Under the pieces are notes generated by a model, which saw nothing but the letters and a program-made list of their open reading frames with translations, did not search any database and was not told where the DNA came from. From the IMG/VR virus record IMGVR_UViG_3300045988_091437: a stretch of DNA of 39,751 bases, one strand, 5' to 3'. Positions within the stretch are counted from its first letter, which is position 1; each line of letters opens with the position of its first letter. Of this stretch, positions 14,408-22,931 are shown in pieces. Made by a program: the position numbers and the translations under genes. Source of the DNA: a virus.

Positions 14408-15725
14408 TATTGTGATCCCGAAATATCTGCCGGTGTTCAATGACAGGAAGTACAGACACATTATCCTGACATCAGGGCGAGCCGGTACGAAATCCAGTTT
14501 TGTGGCGATCCGTGCCAACTATCAAATCATAGCGGACAGTCATGGTTCAGTAGTGGTGCTGCGAAAGCATCACAATAAGCTGAGAAAAACGGTGTATAAA
14601 GAAATGCTTCGTGGAATTGGCAGACTGCAAATACCGAAGAACCGCTTTCGGATCACAAAGTCACCGATGGAGATTAGCTACCGGAAGAACGGTTCGACCA
14701 TATACTTTTCCGGATCAGATGGCATTGACGATACCAAAGGTATCATTGATGAGGACAAGCCGATCAAACTGGTCATCCTGGACGAGCTGACAGAGTTTTT
14801 TGAGGACGGTGAAGGAGAAGATGAACTGCAGAACATTGAAGCAACGTTCATCCGCGGCAACAGTTCCGGGTTTCAGATGATCTACCTGTTCAATCCACCC
14901 AAGAACCCGAATGCCCCGATCATGGAATGGCTGAAGAAGATGGAAGAACGCCCGGACTGCATCCACATTCACACAGATTACAGGGATGTACCGGAAGAAT
15001 GGCTGGGGCGTGACCTGATCGAGACTGCCGAGACCATGATGCGTCTGGATAAAAAACAATACAGCTGGGTATGGCTGGGAGAGTGTATCGGCGTTGATGA
15101 ACTGATTTATTATATGTTTTCCGGACGGCACAAAGGCAGGCCGGAAGAAGGACAGAAATATAACCTGATCGGCATCGGGGCAGACTACGGACAGCAGAAC
15201 GCAACGACCTATCAGGCCTGCGGTATCAACGAATATCAGTGCCGTCTGGATGGCTTACAGGAGTACTACCATTCGGGCAGGGAAACCGGAAAGCAGAAAT
15301 CACCATCAGAGTATGCGGCTGATTTTGCAGACTTCGTGGAATCCCTGCAAGAGGCATATGGTTGCAACATCTTCTACCTGTACTTAGACCCATCGGCACG
15401 GGGACTGCAGGAAGAAATCAAGAGAACCTGCCGACAGAGAGGCCTGGCCATACATTTCAAGGATGCACAGAATGAGGTCGCACTTGGGATTGCCAGGGTT
15501 CAGAAACTGCTGACTTATGGGATTTTGCGGATATCGCCGGAGCAGAAGCACTTGATCGAAGAATTTGGCTTATATGAATACGACAGGAAACTATTAGATA
15601 AGGGCATAGAAGTACCGGTAAAAGAGCACGACCATTGCCTCGATGCCCTGAGGTATCTGGTCATGGGGCTCTGGAACAGGGTGAAGCGGTTCCTGCCAAA
15701 GGAAGAAAGGGAGGACAGAAATTGA
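14373..15725 (+). CDS. terL: Terminase large subunit (PBSX-type)
   Basis: 450 aa. Walker A-like TSGRAGTKSS, LVILDELTEF (Walker B), and a C-terminal nuclease with HDHCLDALRY. Confidence 0.9.
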   Translation: MTHQKKQVRISDIVIPKYLPVFNDRKYRHIILTSGRAGTKSSFVAIRANYQIIADSHGSVVVLRKHHNKLRKTVYKEMLRGIGRLQIPKNRFRITKSPMEISYRKNGSTIYFSGSDGIDDTKGIIDEDKPIKLVILDELTEFFEDGEGEDELQNIEATFIRGNSSGFQMIYLFNPPKNPNAPIMEWLKKMEERPDCIHIHTDYRDVPEEWLGRDLIETAETMMRLDKKQYSWVWLGECIGVDELIYYMFSGRHKGRPEEGQKYNLIGIGADYGQQNATTYQACGINEYQCRLDGLQEYYHSGRETGKQKSPSEYAADFADFVESLQEAYGCNIFYLYLDPSARGLQEEIKRTCRQRGLAIHFKDAQNEVALGIARVQKLLTYGILRISPEQKHLIEEFGLYEYDRKLLDKGIEVPVKEHDHCLDALRYLVMGLWNRVKRFLPKEEREDRN

Positions 15726-17143
15726 ATATTTTTCAATATTTTCGAAAGAAGGGAATCAATACGCTCCCTTCTTCTTTTTACGGAAAAATAGTGGAGTGGG
15801 AGAGCTGGTATAACGGAAATGTGAAACGGTTCACTTTCTACCGTGTGTATACCGGCAGGGGATGCTATAGCAGATGCAAGCGTCACAGCCTCGGCATGGC
15901 GAAGAAAGTCTGTGAGGATATGGCAGATCTGCTGCTGAACGAACGTGTGACGATCGTACTGGATGACCAGAGAACGGATGCATTTGTTCGTCAGATCTTG
16001 CAGGACAACCATTTTGACACACTTGGAAATGAATACCAGGAACGAAAGGCGTGCTCTGGAACCGTTGCCTATGTTCCGTGTATCGAGGACTTGCAGAGCG
16101 GTCTGCTGGGCGAAGTGACCGGCGGAAGAATCAAGATCAATTATGTGACTGCAAAAAATATCTTCCCGGTCAGTTGGGAAAACGGAAAGATTCAGGAAGT
16201 AATATTTGCATTTCCGAAAACCTATTGCACAAAGAGATATCTGCACTTGCAGCATCACAAGGTCGGCGGGGATGGAAATTACCGCATTGAAAATACCGTA
16301 CTGCTGGTGACGGCAGGTTCGACCTGCGGGCAGGAGCTTACCGAAGAAGAGTGGCAGGAGGTTCCAATCTTTGCCGGGCTTCCGGAAGAGATCGAGACAG
16401 GATCAGCAGAGCCGCAATTTGTGATCGACAGGCTGAACATGGTCAACAATGCCGATATGGAAGACGAGGAGAACCCAATGGGTATCAGTCTTTTTGCGAA
16501 CAGCATCGACATACTGCGGAAGATCGACACAGAATATGATTCTTATGCCAACGAGTTCGGGCTTGGACGTAAGAGGATTTTTGTAGCTCCGGAGATGCTG
16601 ACGGATGAGAACGGCAACAAGGTCTTTGATGAGAATGACACGGTATTCTATAGCCTGCCGGAAGAAACCTTGAAAGACACAAACCCGATCTATGAAGTCA
16701 ACATGGAGCTGCGTACAGAGCAGCACAGCAAGGCTTTAAACGATGACCTGAATTACCTGTCCATGAAATGCGGATTCGGGACAGAACGCTATAAGTTCGA
16801 AAAGGGGACGGTTGCAACGGCAACGCAGGTGATCTCGGAAAACAGCGATATGTACCGGAGCTTGTGCAAGCATGAAATCGTGCTTCAGAGTGCCCTGGAA
16901 GAACTGATTCGCATCATCATCCGTCTTGGCATTGCCCTCGGTGAACCACTGAGAGAAGACGTAGAAGTCACAATCAACTTCGATGATTCCATCATCGAGG
17001 ATAAGGAGGCAGAACGCCAGAGAGACCGGCAGGATGTCTCCATGGGAGCCATGGGGGTAGATGAGTACCGGGCAAAATGGTTCGGCGAAACACTGGAACA
17101 GGCCAGGAAGAACCTGCCAGTGCAGAACAACGTGATGGAGTGA
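15722..17143 (+). CDS. Portal protein
   Basis: Position is directly after TerL, and size is about 474 aa. TTG 15722 lies 9 nt after GGGAGG and overlaps the TerL stop. The ORF-track start 15635 lies inside TerL. Confidence 0.8.
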   Translation: MNIFQYFRKKGINTLPSSFYGKIVEWESWYNGNVKRFTFYRVYTGRGCYSRCKRHSLGMAKKVCEDMADLLLNERVTIVLDDQRTDAFVRQILQDNHFDTLGNEYQERKACSGTVAYVPCIEDLQSGLLGEVTGGRIKINYVTAKNIFPVSWENGKIQEVIFAFPKTYCTKRYLHLQHHKVGGDGNYRIENTVLLVTAGSTCGQELTEEEWQEVPIFAGLPEEIETGSAEPQFVIDRLNMVNNADMEDEENPMGISLFANSIDILRKIDTEYDSYANEFGLGRKRIFVAPEMLTDENGNKVFDENDTVFYSLPEETLKDTNPIYEVNMELRTEQHSKALNDDLNYLSMKCGFGTERYKFEKGTVATATQVISENSDMYRSLCKHEIVLQSALEELIRIIIRLGIALGEPLREDVEVTINFDDSIIEDKEAERQRDRQDVSMGAMGVDEYRAKWFGETLEQARKNLPVQNNVME

Positions 17144-17147
17144 TGCC

Positions 17148-18869
17148 ATGGCGAGCAAAAAGGAGAAACCGGATAAAGAACGGATGGGGCTGGTTGCGGA
17201 GAGGATCTGGCGGGGTGCAGAGCTGCGTATCATGGAGGATGTTGTCCGCAGGATAAAAAAGGCCGGCGAGATCACATCAACGGCAGACTACCAGATCAAC
17301 CGCCTGATCGAGATGGGCAGATCCCGGGAGGAAGTCGAGCGGATCATCAAAGAATCGCTGGATGCAACCTGGCCGGAAATGTTCGAGATGTATGACAAGG
17401 TGGCTGAATGGGAATATGTCCGCAACCAGGAAGTCTATGAGCAGATCACGGACGAGTTTATCGCACCGGAGGATAACGAGTGGCTCATACAGCTGACAGA
17501 AGCCATAAGGAAACAGACACAGGACACCATGGTGAACCTGTCCCAGAGCTGCGGATTTTCGGTCATGATGGGCGGCAGGCGTGTATTCACACCATTTGCC
17601 GAGTACTACCAGAAATATGTGGATACGGCCATCCAGGACGTTGTGACAGGTGCCACAGATTACAACTCAGCGATCCGGAAAGTCGTCACACAGATGACGA
17701 ACAGCGGGCTGAGGGTAGTGGATTACGCTTCCGGCCATACCAACCGGGCAGACGTAGCAGCACGCAGAGCCGTCCTTACAGGCGTGAACCAGATTACGGC
17801 ACAGATCAGTGAGCACAACGCTGAAAAACTCGGCACAGACCAGTTTGAAGTGTCCTGGCATCCATGTGCGAGGCCGGATCACCAGACATGGCAGGGCAAG
17901 GTGTTCAGCAAGGAAGAACTGCGGACGGTCTGCGGATACGGAACCGTCACAGGATTGTGTGGTGCCAACTGCCGGCATACGTTCCACCCATTCATTCCTG
18001 GCGTTTCTGAAAGACTCTATCCGGATGACTGGCTGGAAGAGCAGAACAAAAGGGAAGCCCAGACAAAAGAATGGAACGGTAAGCAGCTCAATGCCTACGA
18101 ACAGACCCAGCAGCAGAGGAAGATGGAGACCGCCATGCGTGCCCAGCGTCAGAAGATTCGGCTGTTGCAGGAAGCCGGAGCTGACAAGGATGACATCATG
18201 CTGGAAAAAGCAAAGTACCAGGGACAGCTGAACGAGTACAAGCAGTTCAGCAAGAAGATGGGACTTCTGGAACAGCGTGAACGAATCTATCAGGACGGAC
18301 TGGGCAAGGTAGCGACCAACACGAAACAGCAGAACGCACGCTATACGCCGGAAATGATGCGGAATGCAAAGATTGATTCAAACCAGTACGAACGGTACCG
18401 GGAAGTGCTGAAAGAAGATGCTGGAAGTCTTGCGGATTTCAGGCAGATGAAGTATAATGACCCTGAAAAATGGAAGTTCGTCGAAATGGATTATCAAAGA
18501 CAAAAGGAGCTTCTGGAACATCCAGAGCTTAAACTACCGAATGCAGAAACGGCTATTTTACCAGAGCCTAAGTTTACGAAATATCTTTTTGATGAAAACA
18601 GTCAAAAAGGGTATCCAAAGGGAAGAGCCTTTACAGATCGCTTGGGCTATGAAATGGGAAATTGGCAGGAACTTCAAAAAGCGTTAAAACAGGGAGCTGT
18701 GAAATATCCGGCTCAGTATGTTGATAATAATGGATACGGCGACAGATATGTCCAGAAGATGATTCTTTATGGTAAAAAAGAAACACCAGCAAATGTAGTT
18801 GTAGCATGGCTCAGAACGGAAGATGGCACAACAAAGTTGACTAGTGCGTACATTAAGGAGGCGAAGTAA
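17148..18869 (+). CDS. MuF-like minor head protein (minor capsid protein 2 family) fused to a C-terminal DUF6883-like domain
   Basis: 573 aa. LCGANCRHTFHPFIPG is the minor-capsid/MuF signature. The last ~116 aa (LKLPNAETAILPEPKFTKYLFD...GRAFTDRLGY...VVVAWLRTEDGTTKLTSAY) resemble free-standing DUF6883 proteins. Confidence 0.75.
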   Translation: MASKKEKPDKERMGLVAERIWRGAELRIMEDVVRRIKKAGEITSTADYQINRLIEMGRSREEVERIIKESLDATWPEMFEMYDKVAEWEYVRNQEVYEQITDEFIAPEDNEWLIQLTEAIRKQTQDTMVNLSQSCGFSVMMGGRRVFTPFAEYYQKYVDTAIQDVVTGATDYNSAIRKVVTQMTNSGLRVVDYASGHTNRADVAARRAVLTGVNQITAQISEHNAEKLGTDQFEVSWHPCARPDHQTWQGKVFSKEELRTVCGYGTVTGLCGANCRHTFHPFIPGVSERLYPDDWLEEQNKREAQTKEWNGKQLNAYEQTQQQRKMETAMRAQRQKIRLLQEAGADKDDIMLEKAKYQGQLNEYKQFSKKMGLLEQRERIYQDGLGKVATNTKQQNARYTPEMMRNAKIDSNQYERYREVLKEDAGSLADFRQMKYNDPEKWKFVEMDYQRQKELLEHPELKLPNAETAILPEPKFTKYLFDENSQKGYPKGRAFTDRLGYEMGNWQELQKALKQGAVKYPAQYVDNNGYGDRYVQKMILYGKKETPANVVVAWLRTEDGTTKLTSAYIKEAK

Positions 18870-19037
18870 ATGCTCATAAAGGAATATGACACAATTCTTC
18901 TAAAAGATGGACGAAAAGCAGCAGTTGTGGAGATATTAGACGATACGCATTTTCTGGTAGATGTGGGTGATTCGCCTACAGATTGGGATACTATTGATGC
19001 AACTATTGATGATATAGTGAAAGTTATTGACAACTAA
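18870..19037 (+). CDS. 55-aa DUF4926-like protein (absent from the ORF track)
   Basis: ATG 18870 lies 9 nt after AAGGAGG. Hand translation MLIKEYDTILLKDGRKAAVVEILDDTHFLVDVGDSPTDWDTIDATIDDIVKVIDN. Confidence 0.6.
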   Translation: MLIKEYDTILLKDGRKAAVVEILDDTHFLVDVGDSPTDWDTIDATIDDIVKVIDN

Positions 19038-19051
19038 GAAAAATAAGTATT

Positions 19052-19082
19052 TACCACTGGTCTTTCGACTGGTGGTATTTTT
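19052..19082 (+). terminator. Rho-independent terminator inside the late region
   Basis: TACCACTGGTC / GACTGGTGGTA forms an 11-bp stem (2 G-U pairs) with loop TTTC, followed by TTTTTG. Confidence 0.7.
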
Positions 19083-19100
19083 GTACCCATTTTTAAGGAG

Positions 19101-19919
19101 GTGAGAAACATAAAAAGCAAAACTTACGAGGAATTTGTCGAAAAATTCAAACCGAAGAAAACGACAGACGACTGCTATACGCCGCCGGAAATATACGAAG
19201 TCATAAAGGACTGGGTTTGCAAACGTTACAATATCGATCCTGGGAACGTGATTCGCCCATTCTGGCCGGGCGGCGATTACGAAAAAGACGAGTACCCGCC
19301 GGGATGTGTGGTGGTGGACAACCCACCTTTTTCCATCCTGAAAAACATATGTGAATTTTATCTGGAACGGGGCATCCCGTTCTTTTTGTTTGCCCCGTCA
19401 CTCACGGCATTATCCGGCAAGACTACCTGGGACAGAATGAACCACATTGTGTGTGACTGTTCGATCGTGTACGAAAACGGGGCAACTGTGAGAACATCGT
19501 TTATTACCAGCTTCGAACCGGAAACGGTAGCGGAGACATCACCGGAGCTGACAAAGCTGGTGAATGATACAGTGGAAAAGCTGAAGCAGGAAAAGACACG
19601 GAAATTGTCAAAGTATGATTATCCGGATCATATCGTCACCGCTGCCATGATGCAGAAAATGGCACACTACGGCGTACATTTCAGGGTAAGGCGTGAAGAA
19701 TGCCAGCTTGTGCGAAGCCTGGACGCCCAAAGATCCATGAAAAAAGAGATTTACGGGGCAGGGCTTCTGCTGTCAGACCAGGCGGCAGCCAGGAAGCAGA
19801 ACGCAGAAAAGCAGGCAGCAGAAAATGCCAGAAAGCAGGCAGAGGATGCCATCTGTTATGAACTTTCAGAACGTGAGAGGGAACTGGTGGAAGCATTAAA
19901 TAAATCAATATTAGATTAA
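19101..19919 (+). CDS. Orphan DNA N6-adenine methyltransferase (EcoRI-methylase-like family)
   Basis: 272 aa. It carries DDCYTPPEIYE and the catalytic-type VVDNPPFS motif. GTG 19101 is itself part of AAGGAGGTG, so the exact start is uncertain. Confidence 0.65.
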   Translation: MRNIKSKTYEEFVEKFKPKKTTDDCYTPPEIYEVIKDWVCKRYNIDPGNVIRPFWPGGDYEKDEYPPGCVVVDNPPFSILKNICEFYLERGIPFFLFAPSLTALSGKTTWDRMNHIVCDCSIVYENGATVRTSFITSFEPETVAETSPELTKLVNDTVEKLKQEKTRKLSKYDYPDHIVTAAMMQKMAHYGVHFRVRREECQLVRSLDAQRSMKKEIYGAGLLLSDQAAARKQNAEKQAAENARKQAEDAICYELSERERELVEALNKSILD

Positions 19920-19937
19920 GAAAGCGAGGATAAGAAC

Positions 19938-20375
19938 ATGAAAAGATACATTGGAACCAAAATTATAAAAGCAGAGCCTATGACAAGAGGGGATTATAAT
20001 AAGTATAGAGGATGGCAGATTCCTGTAGATGAAGAACCGACAGAAAAAGGGTATCTGGTTAAATATTCAGATGGATACGAGAGTTGGACACCATTAAAGC
20101 AGTTTGAGGAAGCATATAGAAGATGCGACAATATGCCATTTGGACTTGCTATTGAAGCATTGAAGAAAGGGAAAAAGGTTGCAAGAAAAGGCTGGAACGG
20201 TAAAGGAATGTATCTGTTTCTTGCGGATGGACAGGACTTAACTTCTTGTTTTTCTTCTGGGGACTTCCAGTGTGCAAGTTCCGTGTGTATGAAAACAGCA
20301 CAGAATAATATCTGCGTAGAGTGGCTCGCTTCGCAGGCTGATATGCTGGCAGATGACTGGATGTTTGTGGAATGA
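19938..20375 (+). CDS. DUF2829 (Tad2-like) domain protein
   Basis: The C-terminal half FGLAIEALKKGKKVARKGWNGKGMYLFL...CMKTAQNNICVEWLASQADMLADDWMFVE matches the DUF2829 pattern. Confidence 0.7.
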   Translation: MKRYIGTKIIKAEPMTRGDYNKYRGWQIPVDEEPTEKGYLVKYSDGYESWTPLKQFEEAYRRCDNMPFGLAIEALKKGKKVARKGWNGKGMYLFLADGQDLTSCFSSGDFQCASSVCMKTAQNNICVEWLASQADMLADDWMFVE

Positions 20376-20581
20376 TAGAGCACTACACCGTCACAAAAGA
20401 CGCGGACAGGCTTGCACCGAACTGGCTGGCGAGCCGGATCAATTACAAAACGGTCAAATTATTATACCGGGACATTGACGGACACGCAGAGCTGAAGGGG
20501 GTGAAGATTGGCGATGAAGTGGCACAGATTGGCGACACGCTACAGTTCAACGGCAGACGGTTATCCGTAGGAAGGCGGTGA
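20372..20581 (+). CDS. Hypothetical 69-aa protein
   Basis: ATGA overlap with the upstream gene. No recognisable motif. Confidence 0.5.
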   Translation: MIEHYTVTKDADRLAPNWLASRINYKTVKLLYRDIDGHAELKGVKIGDEVAQIGDTLQFNGRRLSVGRR

Positions 20582-20588
20582 GAAAAGC

Positions 20589-20876
20589 ATGATAACCATT
20601 AAAATGACGGAGCACAGTATCCGGATGACCGGTCACGCCGGGACACATTCCGAGAGCGGTGCTGACCGTGCATGTGCGGCGGTATCCGCACTGACCTGCA
20701 ACCTGGTCAATTCACTGCATGATCTGACGCAGGACAAGATACGGGCGGAATTAAGCAGTGGAGATGCAGACATCCGGTGGGATCGCCTGTCAGAACAGGG
20801 AAAGCTGTTGATGGATTCGTGGTTTCTTGGAATCACGGAGATCAACCGGGAATACAACTGCATACAGTTTCAGTAA
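20589..20876 (+). CDS. prp: Prp-like cysteine protease (ribosomal-processing protease family)
   Basis: 95 aa. GHAGTHSESGADRACAAVSALT is the Prp His/Cys motif. It lies directly upstream of the scaffold and capsid genes, as in 80alpha-type phages. Confidence 0.75.
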   Translation: MITIKMTEHSIRMTGHAGTHSESGADRACAAVSALTCNLVNSLHDLTQDKIRAELSSGDADIRWDRLSEQGKLLMDSWFLGITEINREYNCIQFQ

Positions 20877-20880
20877 CGGG

Positions 20881-20900
20881 CACCCTGTGAGGTGCTTTTC
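20881..20900 (+). terminator. Weak hairpin plus T-run upstream of the scaffold gene
   Basis: GCACC-CTGTGA-GGTGC followed by TTTTCTT. The stem is only 5 bp. Confidence 0.35.
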
Positions 20901-20959
20901 TTATGCCCAAAACATGAAGGCGTTAAAAGCTTGGGAAAATCTCGAAGGAGGAAAACACA

Positions 20960-21562
20960 ATGTATAAAAAAATGAATTTAAGGCTCTTTGAGGACGGCAA
21001 TGCAGGAGGAGCCGGCTCTGCTGGACAGGGTGACGGTGCCGGGAATGGAGACGGCGGCCATACGGGAAACGCCGGGGCAACATATAGTTATGAACAGGCG
21101 GAAGAGATTGCAAACGCAAGGGCAGGCAAAGCGGAACGTGCGGCACTTGCCAATTATTTCAGACGCCAGGGCATGACGGAGGAAGAAATCACGACAGCAA
21201 TCAGTGATTTCAAAGCAAAGAGACAGGCGAGTAAGCCGGATGTGGCTGCCATCGAAAAAGAACGCGATGACGCAAAAAAAGAACTGGAATCGTACAAACA
21301 GAAAGACATCCTGAAAGAAAACGGTGTAGATGCAAAGTACACAGATTTTGTGTTGTTTGAGGTATCGAAGAAAGTGGATGACAAGACCGATTTCAAAACA
21401 GCTTTAAAAGCGTTTCTGAAAGATAACCCGCATTATGCAGGTGGCGGTTATCGTGTGAACACACAGACAAAACAGAATGGGGCGGCAGGATCCGGAGGCA
21501 CAGCCGGAAACAATACCAATGATTTTGTTAATTCCTTAATCAGAAAGGCGGCAAGAAGATGA
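20960..21562 (+). CDS. Scaffolding protein
   Basis: 200 aa. G/A-rich N-terminus, charged helical core, directly upstream of the capsid gene. N-terminus MYKKMNLRLFED. Confidence 0.8.
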   Translation: MYKKMNLRLFEDGNAGGAGSAGQGDGAGNGDGGHTGNAGATYSYEQAEEIANARAGKAERAALANYFRRQGMTEEEITTAISDFKAKRQASKPDVAAIEKERDDAKKELESYKQKDILKENGVDAKYTDFVLFEVSKKVDDKTDFKTALKAFLKDNPHYAGGGYRVNTQTKQNGAAGSGGTAGNNTNDFVNSLIRKAARR

Positions 21563-22530
21563 GAAAAAGAATGAATTTAAGACTGTTTGATTTAGATGCA
21601 TCCCTGATCGACCGCAGCGGTGCAGAATCCCTGATCCCGGAGCAGTATGCAAGGGAGATCATCCAGGGCGTTGTATCAGAATCAGCAGTACTGAGAATGG
21701 GCAGAAGACTGCCGAACATGAGTTCCAACAAGCACCGCATGCCGGTACTGGACATGCTCCCGATGGCATATTTTGTGAATGGGGACAACGGACAGAAACA
21801 GACCACAAAGATGTCATGGGATAAGAAATACATCACTGCGGAAGAAATTGCAGTCATTGTACCGATCCCGGAAGCAGTTCTGGAAGACGCAGACTACGAT
21901 ATCTGGGGCGAGGTAAGACCGAGGGTACAGGAAGCTTTTGGAAAGGTGATTGACGGTGCAGTACTTTTTGGAGTTGAAAAACCGGCATCCTGGAGGGATG
22001 ACCTGGTAGCAACCGCAACGAAAGCCGGAAGCGTTGTAAAAACAACGGCTGACCTGTATGCGGATATCATGGGTGAGGATGGTGTCATTGCAAAGGTAGA
22101 ACAGTCCGGCTATTTTGTGAACGGACACGTTGCAGATATTTCCGTAAGGGCGAAACTCAGAGGTCTGAAAGATACGACCGGACAGCCAATTTTCAAAACC
22201 GATATGCAGTCCGGCACAAATTACACGCTGGACGGTTCCGGTATGTATTTCCCGAACAACGGAACTTTTGATAAAACGAAAGCACAGATCATCACAGGCG
22301 ATTTCTCGCAGCTGGTTTATGCGATGCGTCAGGACATTACATTCAAACTCTTCACCGAGGGTGTTGTCCAGAATACAGACGGCACGATCGCTTATAACCT
22401 GATGCAGAACGACATGGTGGCACTGCGTGCAGTTATGCGTCTGGGCTGGGAGATCCCGAACCCGATCAATTCCCAGCAGAAAGACAAGGCAAAACGTTGT
22501 CCGTTTGCAGTCCTTGCACCTGCAGTATGA
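21559..22530 (+). CDS. Major capsid protein (HK97 fold)
   Basis: 323 aa, ATGA overlap with the scaffold stop. N-terminus MRKRMNLRLFDL. The body has a typical phage capsid-family pattern. Confidence 0.85.
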   Translation: MRKRMNLRLFDLDASLIDRSGAESLIPEQYAREIIQGVVSESAVLRMGRRLPNMSSNKHRMPVLDMLPMAYFVNGDNGQKQTTKMSWDKKYITAEEIAVIVPIPEAVLEDADYDIWGEVRPRVQEAFGKVIDGAVLFGVEKPASWRDDLVATATKAGSVVKTTADLYADIMGEDGVIAKVEQSGYFVNGHVADISVRAKLRGLKDTTGQPIFKTDMQSGTNYTLDGSGMYFPNNGTFDKTKAQIITGDFSQLVYAMRQDITFKLFTEGVVQNTDGTIAYNLMQNDMVALRAVMRLGWEIPNPINSQQKDKAKRCPFAVLAPAV

Positions 22531-22553
22531 AAAGAACAGGGAGGCGGTGAAGC

Positions 22554-22931
22554 ATGGCACACTACGCAGAGTTTGGGTACTACCGGGATGAATACGAAGG
22601 CGGTATCGAAAAAGAAGCAGATTTCAAAAAATGCAGACGCATTGCAGAAAGCTATATTGACCAGTACACACTGAACCGGATCACCGATCCGGAAACCGTG
22701 CCTGGATTAAAGGACTGTACCTGTGAAATGACAGAAGCGGTCTTTGATGTGTGCTATAAGGATGACGGGCAGGTTAAGAAGTCCGAAACGACAGACGGGT
22801 ATTCTGTCACCTACGTGACGGAAGTGTCGGACGGAACAGATTGGACAGCTCTGCTTGGACAGAAGATGTACCAGATCTGCAGGCGTTACCTGCTCCATAC
22901 CGGTCTGCTCAGCAGGAGCCTGAAATGCTGA
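22554..22931 (+). CDS. Head-tail connector/adaptor protein
   Basis: 125 aa. Assigned from its position after the capsid gene and its size. Confidence 0.6.
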   Translation: MAHYAEFGYYRDEYEGGIEKEADFKKCRRIAESYIDQYTLNRITDPETVPGLKDCTCEMTEAVFDVCYKDDGQVKKSETTDGYSVTYVTEVSDGTDWTALLGQKMYQICRRYLLHTGLLSRSLKC

